From Eledone cirrhosa (taxonomy: Eukaryota): a stretch of DNA of 64,000 nt. The DNA lies in NCBI GenBank assembly GCA_964016885.1, contig OZ024743.1, forward strand, positions 44,640,001 through 44,704,000. Reading direction: 5' to 3'. Positions 24,485 to 37,280 of the stretch are shown here, piece by piece (position 1 is the first letter of the stretch; every line of letters begins with the position of its first letter). The position numbers were made by a program, and so were the translations under genes. The notes beneath the pieces are model-generated. The model was not told the origin of the DNA. It was given only the letters and a program-made list of their open reading frames with translations, and ran no database searches.

Positions 24485-27400
24485 ATTTCTTTATTAGCCA
24501 CAAGGGCACAAAAGAAGGGGACAAATACAAATGGGGAGTTTACATACAGGTATATGAAAATAAAACTATTAATAAAATTACAAATAACAATTGAAATCCC
24601 CAATAGGGGGGAGGCGTGACACAGGGGTTTTACACACCCCGAAAAAATGTACAACCCTCATCTCCAGGAGCACGAACAGAGAGTACTCCCTTCCTCTCTT
24701 CCTCTTTTTCCTCAACCTACAGGCTTATATAGAGAGAAGGCGCAACCACTCGGGCCATCTTTGTCACATTCACCCACCTTTTATTAAATTTGCTGGCAAA
24801 AGCACCTCTCTCTCCATCCCGAGTCTTCTTCCAAAATGATATTTAAAAAAAAGAATCAGTTGCTCGCCGGAGAGAAAGGTGTCTGACCTCAGCCCTTTTA
24901 ACCTCGTCCACCATATAACCTCTCTCACCATAGCCATAACACATAGGAAAACCAGCTCTCCCTCGTTTTTGAAGGAGGGTGGCGGTTTGATCAAGACAAT
25001 GGACTCGGTGGTCAACTGGATTGGTCCCACCCGCGACATAGCCCCACATATCGCTAACTCCCGGGCTTTGTACAAATGCGTGCACGACGGTTTCCTCGTC
25101 GCGAGCGCATCTCGGACAGATCTTTTTCGAAGGGTCCCTGCCTGGGAGCCTGTGTCTGTAGAGCTTGTCTCGAACCGGTAGAGCTCCTCGGTAGCACTGC
25201 CAGGCCAGGGACTTTTGGAAGTTGTCCATTGGTCCCGGGCGGAATAGCCTACCGAACAGACTGGCCAGTTCCTCCTCCTCTACGCCTAGAGTTTCTCCGA
25301 GCGCGTCGTCGCACTTGCTGCGGACCAACCTTCTATAGAATGTCGAAGTGGAGTCTCCACTGATCGCCGGGTCCGTTTACCAGAGGACTGTGAGCGCCTG
25401 AACACATTCGATGTGCCAGTCGCCCATTTTCCTCAGTCTTTGCTTGACCCAGGACTGCAGCTCGGTCAGCCTGACGAGTCGTGAGAATGCTCGCCGCACG
25501 AACGGGGCTCACACCGGTTCTCCGGTGAGGAATACGTGGAGGTGCCGCAGCCTGAGCGCGTGTTTGCGCATCTTCAGCCACGGCATCCCTAGCCCTCCGT
25601 TAGAAGGGTGTTGGCAACAGATAGATCTTCTCACCAAAGGAGCCCATTTCTTCCAAAGGAATTGGAAGAGCGCACACTCAATTTTGGTGAGCGTTTTGGC
25701 TGGACAAGGCACGACGGTCAAGCGGGAGTAGATGACGGATGCTATAATAGTGTTCGGCACCTCCGCTCAAGCTTTCATGGATAGTTTGCACTCGGCCCGC
25801 TCCTGGGTGAGCGCAAACACCTTGGCCGTAACCAGGTTCCAGTTCTTCTCCACCTGGATGTCCGGACTAAACCAGACCCCGAGCAGCTCTACCGGGCCTT
25901 CCGTCCAGCGTCCGACCACGCCATTGGAAGTCATTGGTTTGTCTCTCCACGTTCCGAGTTGCAAACCGACGGATTTGTCCCGGTTCAGCTTTGCTCCTGT
26001 GAACCTTTCGTATTCCTCCAGTAAGGTGCCGACCTCCCCAATTTACGAGGTGCTCGACACCATTACTGTCAGGTCGTCGGCGTAGGCCGACACCGCTTTT
26101 CGCAGTCCCGGTTCCAAAGGGATGCCCTGCAATAGCTCCAACTTCCGCAGTAGTGGCTCGAGAGTCAGTACGTACAGAAGGGAGGAGAGAGGGCATCCCT
26201 GTCGGATGGATCGCGTGATATGGAACGGCTCCGACAGGTAGCCGTTCACCTTAACCCTTGATCAGATGTTGCTGCTGTGCATTGCAGCAATCCAGCCCCT
26301 GAACACGGGTCCGAGGCCTGACGCCTCCAGCACCGCATCCAGGTAACGATGGTCAAACCTATCGAAAGCCTTAGACTGATCCAAGTTGATCAGGGCCCCA
26401 CCAAAGCCGGGTTTACACCCTACCCTCTCTATGATGTATCGCATGAGGTGGAGGTTGTCCTGTATGGACCTGGTCGGGATTGCGCATGTCTGCGCTTCTC
26501 CCACCAGGTTTTCGACGACAAGCGCCAGCCTCTTTGCCAACACCTTGGCCAAAATCTGTAACTCTGTGTTTAGCAGAGTTATGGGGCGGAAGTTGCCTAT
26601 ATCATGCCCCTTATTCTCGTCCTTCCTGATTAACGTGACTACGCCCTTGGTCACAGAACTGGGAATTCTCCGGTTCTGCTTCCAGTTGCAGTAGACTGCT
26701 TCCAGGAGACTGGAGAACAAGTCCGGCATTGCTACGTAAAATTCGTAGGTAGACCGTCGAGACCTGGAGATTTTGCGTTTGCCGCATTGGCTCAGCGAGT
26801 CACATATCTCAGCGGCCGAAATCGGCCTTTCGCAAAACTTCGCCTCGCTGTCCGAGAGTCGCGGTAGGCCGTCGAGGTATGGACCGAAATCCATAGCCCC
26901 TCCCGGCGCGCCACCCTGCCAGAACCGTTGAGCAAAGTGCCGCTGAAAGGCAGCGCAGATCTACTTCGGCTCACGTATCACGCGTCCGTCTTGGTCCTTC
27001 AAAGACCAAATCGTGGACTTGTTGCCGCTTTTCGCCTCCGTCACTCGGGCCCAGCTAACAGCTTTGGCTCCCTCTTTACCCAGAGCACGTATTTTGCTTC
27101 TGACAACGTAGCCTTCATGCTTTGTATCGAAGAACTGGTCCAAGGCCGTTCTCGTCGCTAGCACCCTGGCGATGTTGCCACTCCTATTTGCCTCTTCTAC
27201 TTTATCTACCAGTTCCTTTTCGGTTTTAGTTCTATCTAACACTAATTCTTTACTAAAACCTATCGACTCTAATCTAACTTCCCTCTTGATGGAGTACCAC
27301 CATCTGTTGTTGACAATGGCCCCCGTCAAGTGCTGCTTAACTAAAGTGCTAATCCGTCTACTGTAGGCTTTGCATGTCGGTAACGACAAGTTCAGCATCC

Positions 27401-29790
27401 AGTAGCCGGGTCCCTGTCTATGGGTTTTGTCAAGGTTGACTAAGCAGGTCACTAATTTGTGATCTGAATATGCAACCATGAACATTTGTGGACAGCTTAA
27501 CATGTCCCTATCCTTCTTTCTAACTAGCACCCTAACTAGGTACGATCTATATGTTCCGTTGCGATTAGTCCACGTCCACAGTGGCACAGTCGGAAAATCT
27601 AGTCGATATCTGTCGGCCAGGTCAAATCGGCCGATTAACTGTTTGAGGCTGTTACACCCCCCTCTATCGGGACATGCTCCCACATAGTCCCAACGTTCAT
27701 CTAGGATTCCATTCCACTCCCCCACTAAGAGCAGGGAGCGGGACGTTCCCAGAAAAGTCTCTAGGCGTTTGAAGAGATCTGACCGCGGTGTCCCGGATGG
27801 AACATATGCGGCCAGCAGCCTGAAGGCTCTACCTTCAATACCGTCTACGTCTAGGACCACCAGTCGACCCTCCGGGTCCAGATGTACCGTCTGTGTTACG
27901 AGGTCCAGGTGTTTCCGCAGCAAAACGGCAACCCCACCCCCACCCCCGGCTGACAGAGAGATGCGTAGATCTCAAAGTCGTCGAAGATGGGGCCCTGTTG
28001 TCGCTCGCTGTGGATCCTAGACTCGCAAATGGCTACTACATCCATACTGTGCGACCTGAGGGCGTTTAAGAGTTTGCCCTGTTCCCAGGGCATCCCCAGG
28101 CCGGGTACATTCACACATCCAACTCTTATATTGGCCATGTTGGTGCTGAAAAGTTAAAAGAAGAGGAAAAGAAATCACTCACCTCTTCGTCTCCTAGGGA
28201 CCAGGCTGCACAATTTCTATGGAGGTGTTGGAGGGGTTGTTTGGTGGGGTGGTGGTCTCTGGAGGGGTGGGGAAGAGATGTCAGGTGGGGAGGGGTGTTT
28301 GCTGGGATAAGGTGGGGTGGGAAAACATTTTAACAGGACTCGATTGTAGGGTTTGACGCAGGGGTTACCTACGTCGTAAGGAAATTTTCCTTTTAACTGT
28401 TTATGTGTGTCCATGGAGGTCCTAATCATTTTAAGATTAGGATTCTCCGAAGAGTGTATAAAATGTTTCCCTTCGGTCTCCACCGAAGGGTTTTTATATA
28501 TGGTGTATATTACAGTTTTATTGTTAGTATTTATGTAGGTGTAACATTTTTGTTGTGTTGTGTTGCTTTTTGTCTGTGGTTCTTGTGTGTGTTTACGTTT
28601 TGTAGTAGGTGTTTTATTTTCAGGAGCGAGTGTTTTTGTTTGTGCTGTTTGCGTCGCTTGTGTTGGTGTTTGTGTGTTTGTTGCATTTTTGTTTGTGTTA
28701 TGTCTTTTCTTTTTTTCTTTTTACTAGTCGGAAATGCTCTCCCTCAACGTCACTGGGTGACGATGATGAGGCCTCATCCGTGTTGTTGGGGAGGGGTAAA
28801 TTTTAGAGAGCTGTTATATGTGTGGGTGGTTCTGGAGTTGTTTTAGGTGGGGAGAGGTTGGGTGGGACTGTGTTTGTCGTTTGTTTTGTTGTCACTATTG
28901 TTTTATGTTGTTGTTGTGGTGGTGGTGGTGGTGATTGTTGTGCTCGTGTTGCAGGTGTTGGCAGTAGTGCCTTTCTTTGGCTAGTTAGCCGAGGACAGGA
29001 AGCTCTCAGGTCACCCCTGCTTAAGCAGTGTTAACATGAGGGCCGCATACCCTCGACCGAAATGTTTATGTATATAAGCCCATCCAGCAACACACGTTCC
29101 CGGATTCTAGCTATTCTTTCTGGTGTCATTTGGACCAGAACTTCCAGGCTAGTTCTGCTGAACAGGTCGCCGGAGGACTTACCTACCGATATTATATAGT
29201 CTGTTTCGAGGTTTAAAAATCCGCATAGTACCCTCCAAATATCAATATTTGGTGTGATACTTTGGATTTTTATTTTCTGTGTTCTTTTCCCCATGTAAGT
29301 GAGGAAAAAAGTGAACAGCGGTGACGCAATTGGCGACACAGAATATTTCTGTGCCGTCAATTGGTCTTTCATTAGAATGGGTAAACTCCCGTAGAGTCTA
29401 ACCTTCTGAATAAAAGCAATGGCTTTTAAGGCATTTTTTAAAGCCAACTCAATTTTGCTTTGTGAAAGTTGAGTCGGCTTTCGGTTTTCGTGGATTGTCC
29501 TGAAAATCACAGTTTTCAAGGCAGCTTCTCTTCGTAAATCTGGGGGAGAATTTATGGAGAATGATCCGTTCTCCCCAAAAGTTACATATTATCTGGCGTT
29601 ATTCAAAAGCTCATTTGCATTTGAAATATCTACCGGAGTGTAACTTACCGTTTTCTTTACGGTTTGGGCAAACGATATTTTCTCGTTTACTTCCTTGTTG
29701 CAGTTATTGATGTTGTTGATGTTGTTTTTTTTGTTTTTTCCGTTGTTGGTGTTGTTGTTGTTGTTGGTTGTGGTTTTGTTGTCGTTGTTA
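24485..29790 (-). mobile_element. Degenerate Tx1-clade LINE, 5'-truncated within ORF1
   Basis: Collinear with 29884-35682; ORF2 remnants 24770-28138 and ORF1 remnants ~28180-29790; (ATAG)n on both sides. Confidence 0.9.
24770..28138 (-). pseudogene. Tx1-like ORF2 (APE endonuclease-RT-zinc finger), multiple frameshifts
   Basis: Fragments containing SDHKLV, NFRPITLLN, DQSKAFD, QGCPLS, AYADD and CPRC..ETVVH. Confidence 0.9.
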
Positions 29791-29792
29791 TA

Positions 29793-29805
29793 AATAGATA
29801 GATAA

Positions 29806-29883
<78 letters not shown>
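29793..29883. repeat. (GATA)n microsatellite between the tandem Tx1 elements
   Basis: Direct read; also 35684-35776 and degenerate 24435-24484. Confidence 0.95.
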
Positions 29884-30097
29884 TTCTTTATTTACCATAA
29901 AGGCATAAAAAGAAAGGACAAATACAAAGGGGGAGTTTACATATAATCGAGTAAAAAGGGTGTAACATGAAAATAATCGAAAATAACGTCAAAAGGGAGG
30001 GGACGTGATGGGGGTTGCACACACCCCCGAAAAAGTGTGCAATCCTTTTCCCAGAGAGCACATGGAGAAGGTGCTCCCCTCTCCTTTACTTCTTTAC

Positions 30098-33000
30098 CTA
30101 CAGGATGGTATACAGAGAAGGCCCATTTACACGAGCCATTCTCGCCACTATCACCCACCTTTCATAAAACTGCCTGTGGCCAAGCACCTCTCTCTCCATT
30201 CTTATCCTTCTTCCGAAGTGATATCGGAAGAAATAGACCAGACTATGGCCAGAGAGGGAGTTGCCTGACCTCAGACCTTTCAATCGTGTCCACCAAACAA
30301 CCTCTTTCAACATGGCTATTACGCACAGAAAAACCGCCTTTGCTTCCTTTGTGAAGAGGGGAGGCGGTTTGATTGTCATCACGGACTCGGCGGTCAATTT
30401 AATCGGCGCCACCCGCGACAGCAGTCGTTCGGCGTAGCCCCACAGATCAGCCACGCCCGGACATTGCACCAATGTGTGCGCAACGGTTTCTTCGTGACGC
30501 ACGCATCTAGGGCAACTCTTTTTTGAGGGATCCCTGCTCGGGCGCCCGTGTCTGTAGAGCCTCTCTCGAACGGGTAGAGCCCCCCGGTAGCACTGCCAGG
30601 CCAGTGACTTCTGGAAGTTGTCCATTGGTCCTGGGCCGAAAGTCCTACCGAACAGGCTGGCCAGTTCGTCTTCTTCCATGTCCAGCGACTCTCCAAGGGT
30701 GTCATCGCCCCTGCTAGCCACCAGCCCTCTATAGAATGCTGAGGTGGATTCTCCACCGATGGCCCGGCCCGCTTGCCAGAGAGCCCTGAGCGCCTGAGCA
30801 CACTCAGTGTGCCAGTCTCCAAGTTTTCCGGATCTTTGCTTGACCCAGGACTGTAGCTCGGTGAGCGAGACGAGTCTCGGAAAGGCTCGTTTCACGAACG
30901 GAGCCCACACCGGTTGACCAGTGAGGAATACCTGTAGGTGCCGTAGCCTTAATGCGTGCCTACGCATCATCAACCACGGCATCCCCAGCCCTCCTTTCGA
31001 AGGTTGTTGGCAGCAGATGGATCTTCTCACCATAGGAGGACGCTTCTTCCAAAGAAATTGGAAGAGCATGCGTTCCATGGTGGTGAGTGTTTCCTTAGGG
31101 CAAGGCACGACAGTCAGGCGGTAGTAAGTGACGGACGCTATGTAAATGTTCGCCACCTCCGCCCGGCCTTTTAGGGACAGCTTACACTTGGCCCATTTCT
31201 GGGTTAGTGCAAACACCTTGTTCGTAACCTCGTTCCAGTTCTTTTCCACCTGGAGGTCCGGTCCAAACCAGACCCCAAGCAACTTTACCGGGCCCTCCGT
31301 CCAGTGTCCGACGACACCGTCAGGAGGCATCGGTCTGCCTCTCCACGTTCCGAGTTGCAGCCCGATGGATTTTTCCCGGTTCAGTTTCGCTCCTGACAAC
31401 CTTTCGAACTCCTCCAGTAAGGTACCGATCGCCTCGATCTCCGAGTCGGTTGATACCATTACTGTTACGTCATCGGCGTAGGCCGACACCGCTTTGCTCA
31501 ATCCTGGTTCCAGGGGGATACCCTGCAACAACTCCAACTTCCTCAGTAAAGGCTCGAGAGTCAATACGTACAGAAGGGAGGAGAGAGGGCACCCCTGTCG
31601 AATGGATCGTGTGATTTCGAACGGCTTCGAAAGGTAGCCGTTCACCTTGATCCTAGAACAGATGTGGTTGCTATGTAGGGCAGTGATCCAGCCTCTGAAA
31701 ACAGGACCGAACCCAGCCGCCGCTAGCACCGCATCCAGGTAACCATGGTCGACCCTATCGAAGGCCTTAGACTGATCCAAGTTGATCAGGGCCCCACCGA
31801 AGCCGGGTTTGTTGCCAACCCTCTCTATGATGTATCGCATGAGGTGGAGGTTATCGTGAATGGACCTGGATGGGATAGCACATGTCTGCGCATCTCCCAC
31901 CAGGCCACCCACGACAAGCGCCAACCTCTTTGCTAACACCTTGGCCAAAATCTTTAACTCTGTGTTTAGCAGGGTTATGGGCCGAAAATTATTTATACTA
32001 TCCCCCTTGTTCTCGTCCTTCCTCACCAGCGTGACTACGCCCTTGGCTACAGAACAAGGAATTCTCCCGTTCTGCTGCCAATTGCAGTAGACCGCTTCGA
32101 GGAGTTCGGAGAAGAAGACCGGCATTGCTAAATAAAGTTCGTAAGGTATACCATCGAGACCTGGAGATTTGCGTCTGCTGCATTGGCTCAGCGCATCTCC
32201 GATCTCATCAGCCGAGATTGGTCCCTCGCAAGACTCTGCCTCTTCGTTCGAGAGACGCGGCAGGCCGTCGAGGTATGGACCGAAATCCACGCCCCCACCC
32301 GGACCCTCGCCTCCCCCGAACAATCGGGCAAAGTGCCTTTGAAAGGCCTCGCACATCTGCTTAGGCTCCCGGATCACCCGTCCATCTTCGTCTTGCAACG
32401 ACCGGATGGTGGATCGATTTCCACTCTTAGCTTCTGTCACGTGGGCCCATCCAACGACTTTGGCCCCCTCATTACCTAGAGCACGTATTTTACTTCGAAT
32501 GACGCAGCCTTCGTGCTTTGCATCGAAAAACTGGTTCAAGGCCGTCCTCGATGCCAGCACTCTGGCCACATCTTCGCTCTTGATTGCCTCTTCTAATTTA
32601 CCTGTTAATTCTTTCTCGTTTCTATTCCTATCGGCAGCTAACATCTTGCTATAACTTATTGATTCTGTTCTAATCTCTCTTTTGAGAGATGCCCACCATC
32701 GGTTGTTGACGATTGCACCCGTCAACCTCTCCTTAACTAATCTGCTAATCCGGTTTCTGTAAGTCTCTTTTGCCGGTAAAGACAAATTAAGTTTCCAGTA
32801 ACCGGGACCCTGTCTATGTGTTTTCTCGAGATTGACCACGCAGGTCACTAATTTGTGATCCGTGTAGCCAACCGTGCGCATTTCTGGACAGCTTAATATG
32901 TCCCTATCCTTACTTCTAACTAAGAATCTATCTAAGTACGATCTAGATTGACCACTGTGGTTTCTCCAAGTCCAGGTAGGCACAGTTGGAAAATCCAGTC

Positions 33001-33535
33001 GATATCTATCGACCAAGTTAAAACGGTCGTGTAACCCCTTGAGGCTGTTACACCCCCCTCTATTAGGACATGCTCCTGCATAGTCCCAACGTGCATCCAG
33101 GATGTCATTCCAATCCCCCGCTAGAAGCAGGGAACGCGACGTTCCCAGAAAAGTCTTCAAACGCTGGAAGAAGTCGGGCCGTTCAGCTCCGAAAGGGGAG
33201 TAGACGGCGACCAGTCTCAAGGCCGCACTTTCACTACTGCCAACGTCTAGCACCAACAAACGACCCTCCGGGTCCGAGTGCACAACCTGTACGGCAAGAC
33301 CCAGGTGTTTTTGCAGCAGTACGACAACCCCACCCCCACCTCCAGGTTGACAGAGAGATGCATGCACCTCAAAGTCATCGAAGGTGGGGGCCAGCTGCCG
33401 CACGACGCTGATTCGAGTCTCACAGATAACCATTACATTTATACTACATGACCTGAGGTCATTTAGAAGCTTTGCTTGCTTCCAAGTTGAGCCCAGGCCA
33501 CGTGCATTCAAACATCCTACTCTTAACACATCCAT
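30098..33535 (-). CDS. Tx1-like ORF2: APE endonuclease, reverse transcriptase, C-terminal zinc finger (1145 aa)
   Basis: LNARGL, CET, GDWN, YLDRF, TDHK (APE); KSPGLDG, NFRPITLLN, DQSKAFDRV, QGCPLS, YADD (RT); CPRC-x8-H-x4-C. No stops. Confidence 0.95.
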   Translation of the reverse strand: MDVLRVGCLNARGLGSTWKQAKLLNDLRSCSINVMVICETRISVVRQLAPTFDDFEVHASLCQPGGGGGVVVLLQKHLGLAVQVVHSDPEGRLLVLDVGSSESAALRLVAVYSPFGAERPDFFQRLKTFLGTSRSLLLAGDWNDILDARWDYAGACPNRGGCNSLKGLHDRFNLVDRYRLDFPTVPTWTWRNHSGQSRSYLDRFLVRSKDRDILSCPEMRTVGYTDHKLVTCVVNLEKTHRQGPGYWKLNLSLPAKETYRNRISRLVKERLTGAIVNNRWWASLKREIRTESISYSKMLAADRNRNEKELTGKLEEAIKSEDVARVLASRTALNQFFDAKHEGCVIRSKIRALGNEGAKVVGWAHVTEAKSGNRSTIRSLQDEDGRVIREPKQMCEAFQRHFARLFGGGEGPGGGVDFGPYLDGLPRLSNEEAESCEGPISADEIGDALSQCSRRKSPGLDGIPYELYLAMPVFFSELLEAVYCNWQQNGRIPCSVAKGVVTLVRKDENKGDSINNFRPITLLNTELKILAKVLAKRLALVVGGLVGDAQTCAIPSRSIHDNLHLMRYIIERVGNKPGFGGALINLDQSKAFDRVDHGYLDAVLAAAGFGPVFRGWITALHSNHICSRIKVNGYLSKPFEITRSIRQGCPLSSLLYVLTLEPLLRKLELLQGIPLEPGLSKAVSAYADDVTVMVSTDSEIEAIGTLLEEFERLSGAKLNREKSIGLQLGTWRGRPMPPDGVVGHWTEGPVKLLGVWFGPDLQVEKNWNEVTNKVFALTQKWAKCKLSLKGRAEVANIYIASVTYYRLTVVPCPKETLTTMERMLFQFLWKKRPPMVRRSICCQQPSKGGLGMPWLMMRRHALRLRHLQVFLTGQPVWAPFVKRAFPRLVSLTELQSWVKQRSGKLGDWHTECAQALRALWQAGRAIGGESTSAFYRGLVASRGDDTLGESLDMEEDELASLFGRTFGPGPMDNFQKSLAWQCYRGALPVRERLYRHGRPSRDPSKKSCPRCVRHEETVAHTLVQCPGVADLWGYAERLLSRVAPIKLTAESVMTIKPPPLFTKEAKAVFLCVIAMLKEVVWWTRLKGLRSGNSLSGHSLVYFFRYHFGRRIRMEREVLGHRQFYERWVIVARMARVNGPSLYTIL

Positions 33536-33568
33536 GTGGGCGGCAGAGCCAAAGGAGAGTGTAGAGAC

Positions 33569-35456
33569 CTACCTTTCCGCTTCCCGGGGTTCGGGTTGCA
33601 CGACTTCCATGGGGTCGGGGGTGTTGGGTGAAGGGGTGTCTTGTGGTGGTGTGGGGTCGTCAGTGTGTGGTGGGGTTGGGGTGTTTGGAGTTGTGTTGGG
33701 GAGGGGAAGGGGAGGGGGAAAGCTTTTTAGTAGGACGCGGTTTATGGGTTTGACAGAGGGTGGTCCTACGTCCTCCTTAAAATCCTTTTTTAGTTTTTGG
33801 TAGAGGTTCATTGGGATCTTTATTAGTTTTAAATGTGGGTAGTTTTCTGACGAAACAAAGTTTACACCTTCGGTTTGTACCGAAGGATTATTGTATTTAT
33901 TATTGTTTCTGTTGATGTAAGTATAGTGTAATGTCTTTTTTTCCGATGGTGTGAGTGTTTCGAAGAGGGGAGGGGCAGGTTTGGTTTTGTTTGTTGCTGG
34001 AGGGGTGTTTTCTGTTTTGTTGGATTGTGTTGAGATTTGGGTGGGGGTTGTTTGTCCTTGTGTGTTTTGCACATGTTTTCTTTTTTTCCTTTTAATCTGT
34101 CTGAAGGACTCCGTTTCTTCCTCCGAATTCGTTGGGTTATCTTCAGTGTTGGAGGGAAGAGGTATGTTTGCTGGTAATGTTTCCGTGTTGGTTTTCTTTG
34201 TGGGGGAGATGGATGTCACTATGTTAGACTGTGTTGTGTGTTGTGTCTGCGGTGGTTGTGTTGTTTTATTGAGTGAGAGGTTGGGTGGGCCTGTATTTTG
34301 TTTTGGGGTAATGTGTTGTGACTGTTTGTGTTGTGGTGGTGTTGTGGTTTTACTGAGGGACGGGTTGGGTGGGACTGAGTTTTGTTGTTTGTTTATCTGT
34401 TGTGGTGGTGGTGGTGGAGCTGGTGTTGGTAGCAGGGTTTTCTTTTTGTTGAGTTGGGGACAAGCGGCCTTCAGGTGCCCTCTGCCTGCACAGATATGGC
34501 AGGACGGCCTTCTCCCCTCCACGCTAATGTTTATATACCCGTGGTCCTCTAATAGGATTCTGTCGGGTATTTGGGCGATGCGTTCAGGCTTCATTTGTAC
34601 TACCAGCTCTATACCTGTTCCACTGAACGCATTGCCTGTGGTTTTCCCAATGGAAATCACGTTGTCATTCACTGGATCGATTAAGCCAGCTATGAGCCAG
34701 CAGTAGTCCACATCTGGCATCATTGCATCCAGCCATATGCGTTGAGTTCTTTTCCCCATATAAGATGGATAAAAGGTGAAATTTTTCGAACGAATCGGTG
34801 ACAAAGCACATTTTTTTGCCGCCGATTCGTTCTTCATGATAATTGCTAGGCTTCCATACAGTCTGTCTTTTCTTATGAAAGTGGTTTCATTAAGTACTTC
34901 TGTGAGTACTGTTTTGATATCTGCTTGAGAAGGCTGTTCAGGTTTTTTTGTACTGTTGTTGATGGTCCGAAACTTGACCGTTCGGCTTTCAATGTCTTTC
35001 GTGAATTCTTGAGGCATTTTTACCGATAAAATACCATTCTCTCCTTCACTTATGTATTGTTTGGCGTCCGTGATCCTTCGTACCACATCTGAAATGTTTT
35101 CCGCTATATAAGTCAAAGATTTCTTTGTTTTCTGTGCAAATGAAATCTTGTCGTCTGCTTTGTTTTCTGATATGGTGTTATTTTCAAATGTTATTTTTGT
35201 GTTTGTTGTGTCTTTGTTTGTGTTATTAGTATTGTCATGCAATTTTTCAAATTTTTTTTTTTCGTTGTTGGAATCCAAGTCCAGATTTGTGTTTTCGTCA
35301 TTTTTTTTTTTCTCCGCAGATTCGTCTGTTTTTATTTTAATTTTTCCTTCCTTCTCTATGACGTTAGTTGGGAAGGAAGGGGGGGACTAAAGCGTGCGAG
35401 CTTACAACTCTTACCGCTGTCCCCCCACCACTATTTTCGTTCACTGCGTTTAACAT
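33569..35456 (-). CDS. Tx1-like ORF1 with CCHC zinc knuckle; probable start at 35456 across one homopolymer frameshift
   Basis: CHICAGRGHLKAAC knuckle and a P/T/Q-rich tail. The track start at 35278 is TTG. ATG 35456 joins this frame if the G7 run 35379-35385 is G6. Confidence 0.8.
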
Positions 35457-35683
35457 TTCTGTTAGACGATTGAAATTTTTTACACAACATTTTTTAAAAC
35501 AGGTTTTTCACCTCTAGGAGGGGTAAAGATGAGCTGACCCACCGCCTGACAGTTCAGACGGAGGGTCAAGCTACACAATTGTATCAAAATTAAGTTTGAA
35601 CTCACAAAATTTCCTCAATAAATTTGAACAAAACTTCTGTGCGAAGTGAATGACATCCACACTGTAGAACAGACGACAGCTAG

Positions 35684-35777
<94 letters not shown>

Positions 35778-36399
35778 AGGAATGAATAATTTATTCTTAG
35801 AATATGTAGGAATAATCAGACGCCGAAAATATTTGTAAATACAATTGTTTGCTATAAATGGCTTCGAAAATTAAATAAAGACCCGTTATAGATGGGGAAA
35901 AGGAGACAGTGGTCGCTATGAAGAATCGAAATTTATAACTTTCATTATTGTGTTTCTTGTCTGAAAATTGATTAATACTGATGCCACATATTGCTAGTTC
36001 TCGAGCAGCATCTTGGTGTATACGACAACCAACTCAGGCTTCAATGCTCGTCAGGCCAAATAGGGCAAACTGTCGAAGTATCAGTCGCTCTTCAATAGGT
36101 TTGTGGTTGAGCTTGTAGTAGTGAAGACCTCCTGCGTTATTGGTCCCCGGAACACATCCCTACTCACTACAAACGGAGCGTAGTTGGCGACAAGCAAAAG
36201 TGAGCTCCTTAAGTTGGTGTGGTTCAAGCGAGCTTCCTTCACTAACCGTTGGTTCAACGTTTTCGCTAGTCAGTCCACAGAGACCACGAGGTGCATTAAC
36301 CTTTAAATGAGAGTAAAATTGATTGACAACATATGTACAGTAGGAAATATCGATAGTTGATGTACATATTCAGTGATTTGTTCTCTTAATGGAGAGCCC

Positions 36400-36985
36400 A
36401 TGCACTGTATTAGCTCCTGGTGTTATAGATATACCCATGGTGGGAGATCGCTCGTATAACTAGCTGATTTTAAACTAGAGTCTATTTTTGCCTGCGACCT
36501 GTCTTGAGAGGTGTGGGATGAACGCACAAATATTGCGTCGCCCTGAGACCCCAAAGAGAGTTTGGAAGGGAACAAACCTTTACAATGGAACCTGGAATAT
36601 CAAAACCATTACAGGTAAAGAGCAGCAACTAGTGGAAGAGGTTGGATGCGACTGGCTAGATATAGTCTAAACTGTAGATTTGAATGGTGGATGGAAACTC
36701 CACTAATCCGTTGTGGAGCCAGAAATGACAGCACAGGCGGGAATGGGGATATGCACAAGCCTCAGGCTGTCAGAATGTGTTATGGACTGGATACCATTAG
36801 GTGGGAGGTGTTGTCTCTCGAAGGTTAGGCTGAAAGATAAGTCTCTTTGAGTGGTGCAAATGTTAGCACCAAACAGGGAGTTCTAGTACAGAACTTTCCT
36901 TGATGAAGTCACTGCAGCGTTCCATGTAGTTAAGACTGAATCATACATTCTCATGGAATACTTCAATTAAATGTTGGCAGTGAAC
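36400..36985 (+). mobile_element. 5' fragment of an RTE-like LINE (APE endonuclease N-terminus), decayed
   Basis: GTWNIKTITGKEQQLVEEVGCDWLDIV followed by broken APE-like frames. Confidence 0.65.
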
Positions 36986-37280
36986 GTACAACTTCATTCA
37001 GACCTAGCTGAAGATACACATAAGGTGCAACATTTGTTCTCGGTATGGAACTACTTATTTGGTTTGTTTTGTATTTTCTGTTTGCATACGTATACATACG
37101 TATACGTATACATATGAACATACAATTTTATGCACATCTGTGAACGGATTTACATACATATATACACACACCTAACTGTATTTTCTTGATAAATTTTTAT
37201 GTATTTCATTGGTCTATTTAAAATCTGTTCCCAAACAGACCTGTAATTTTGAATTGTTGTTATTATCAATAAATATGCAT

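Larger units (their letters stand above)
29884..35682 (-). mobile_element. Full-length Tx1-clade (L1 group) LINE in (GATA)n
   Basis: 5' UTR, ORF1, 33-nt spacer, intact ORF2, and a short 3' UTR ending AATAAAGAAA directly against (TCTA)n. Confidence 0.92.

Noticed and set aside
33384-34706. Long plus-strand ORFs (139 and 251 aa)
   Set aside because: Antisense shadows of the low-complexity part of Tx1 ORF1.
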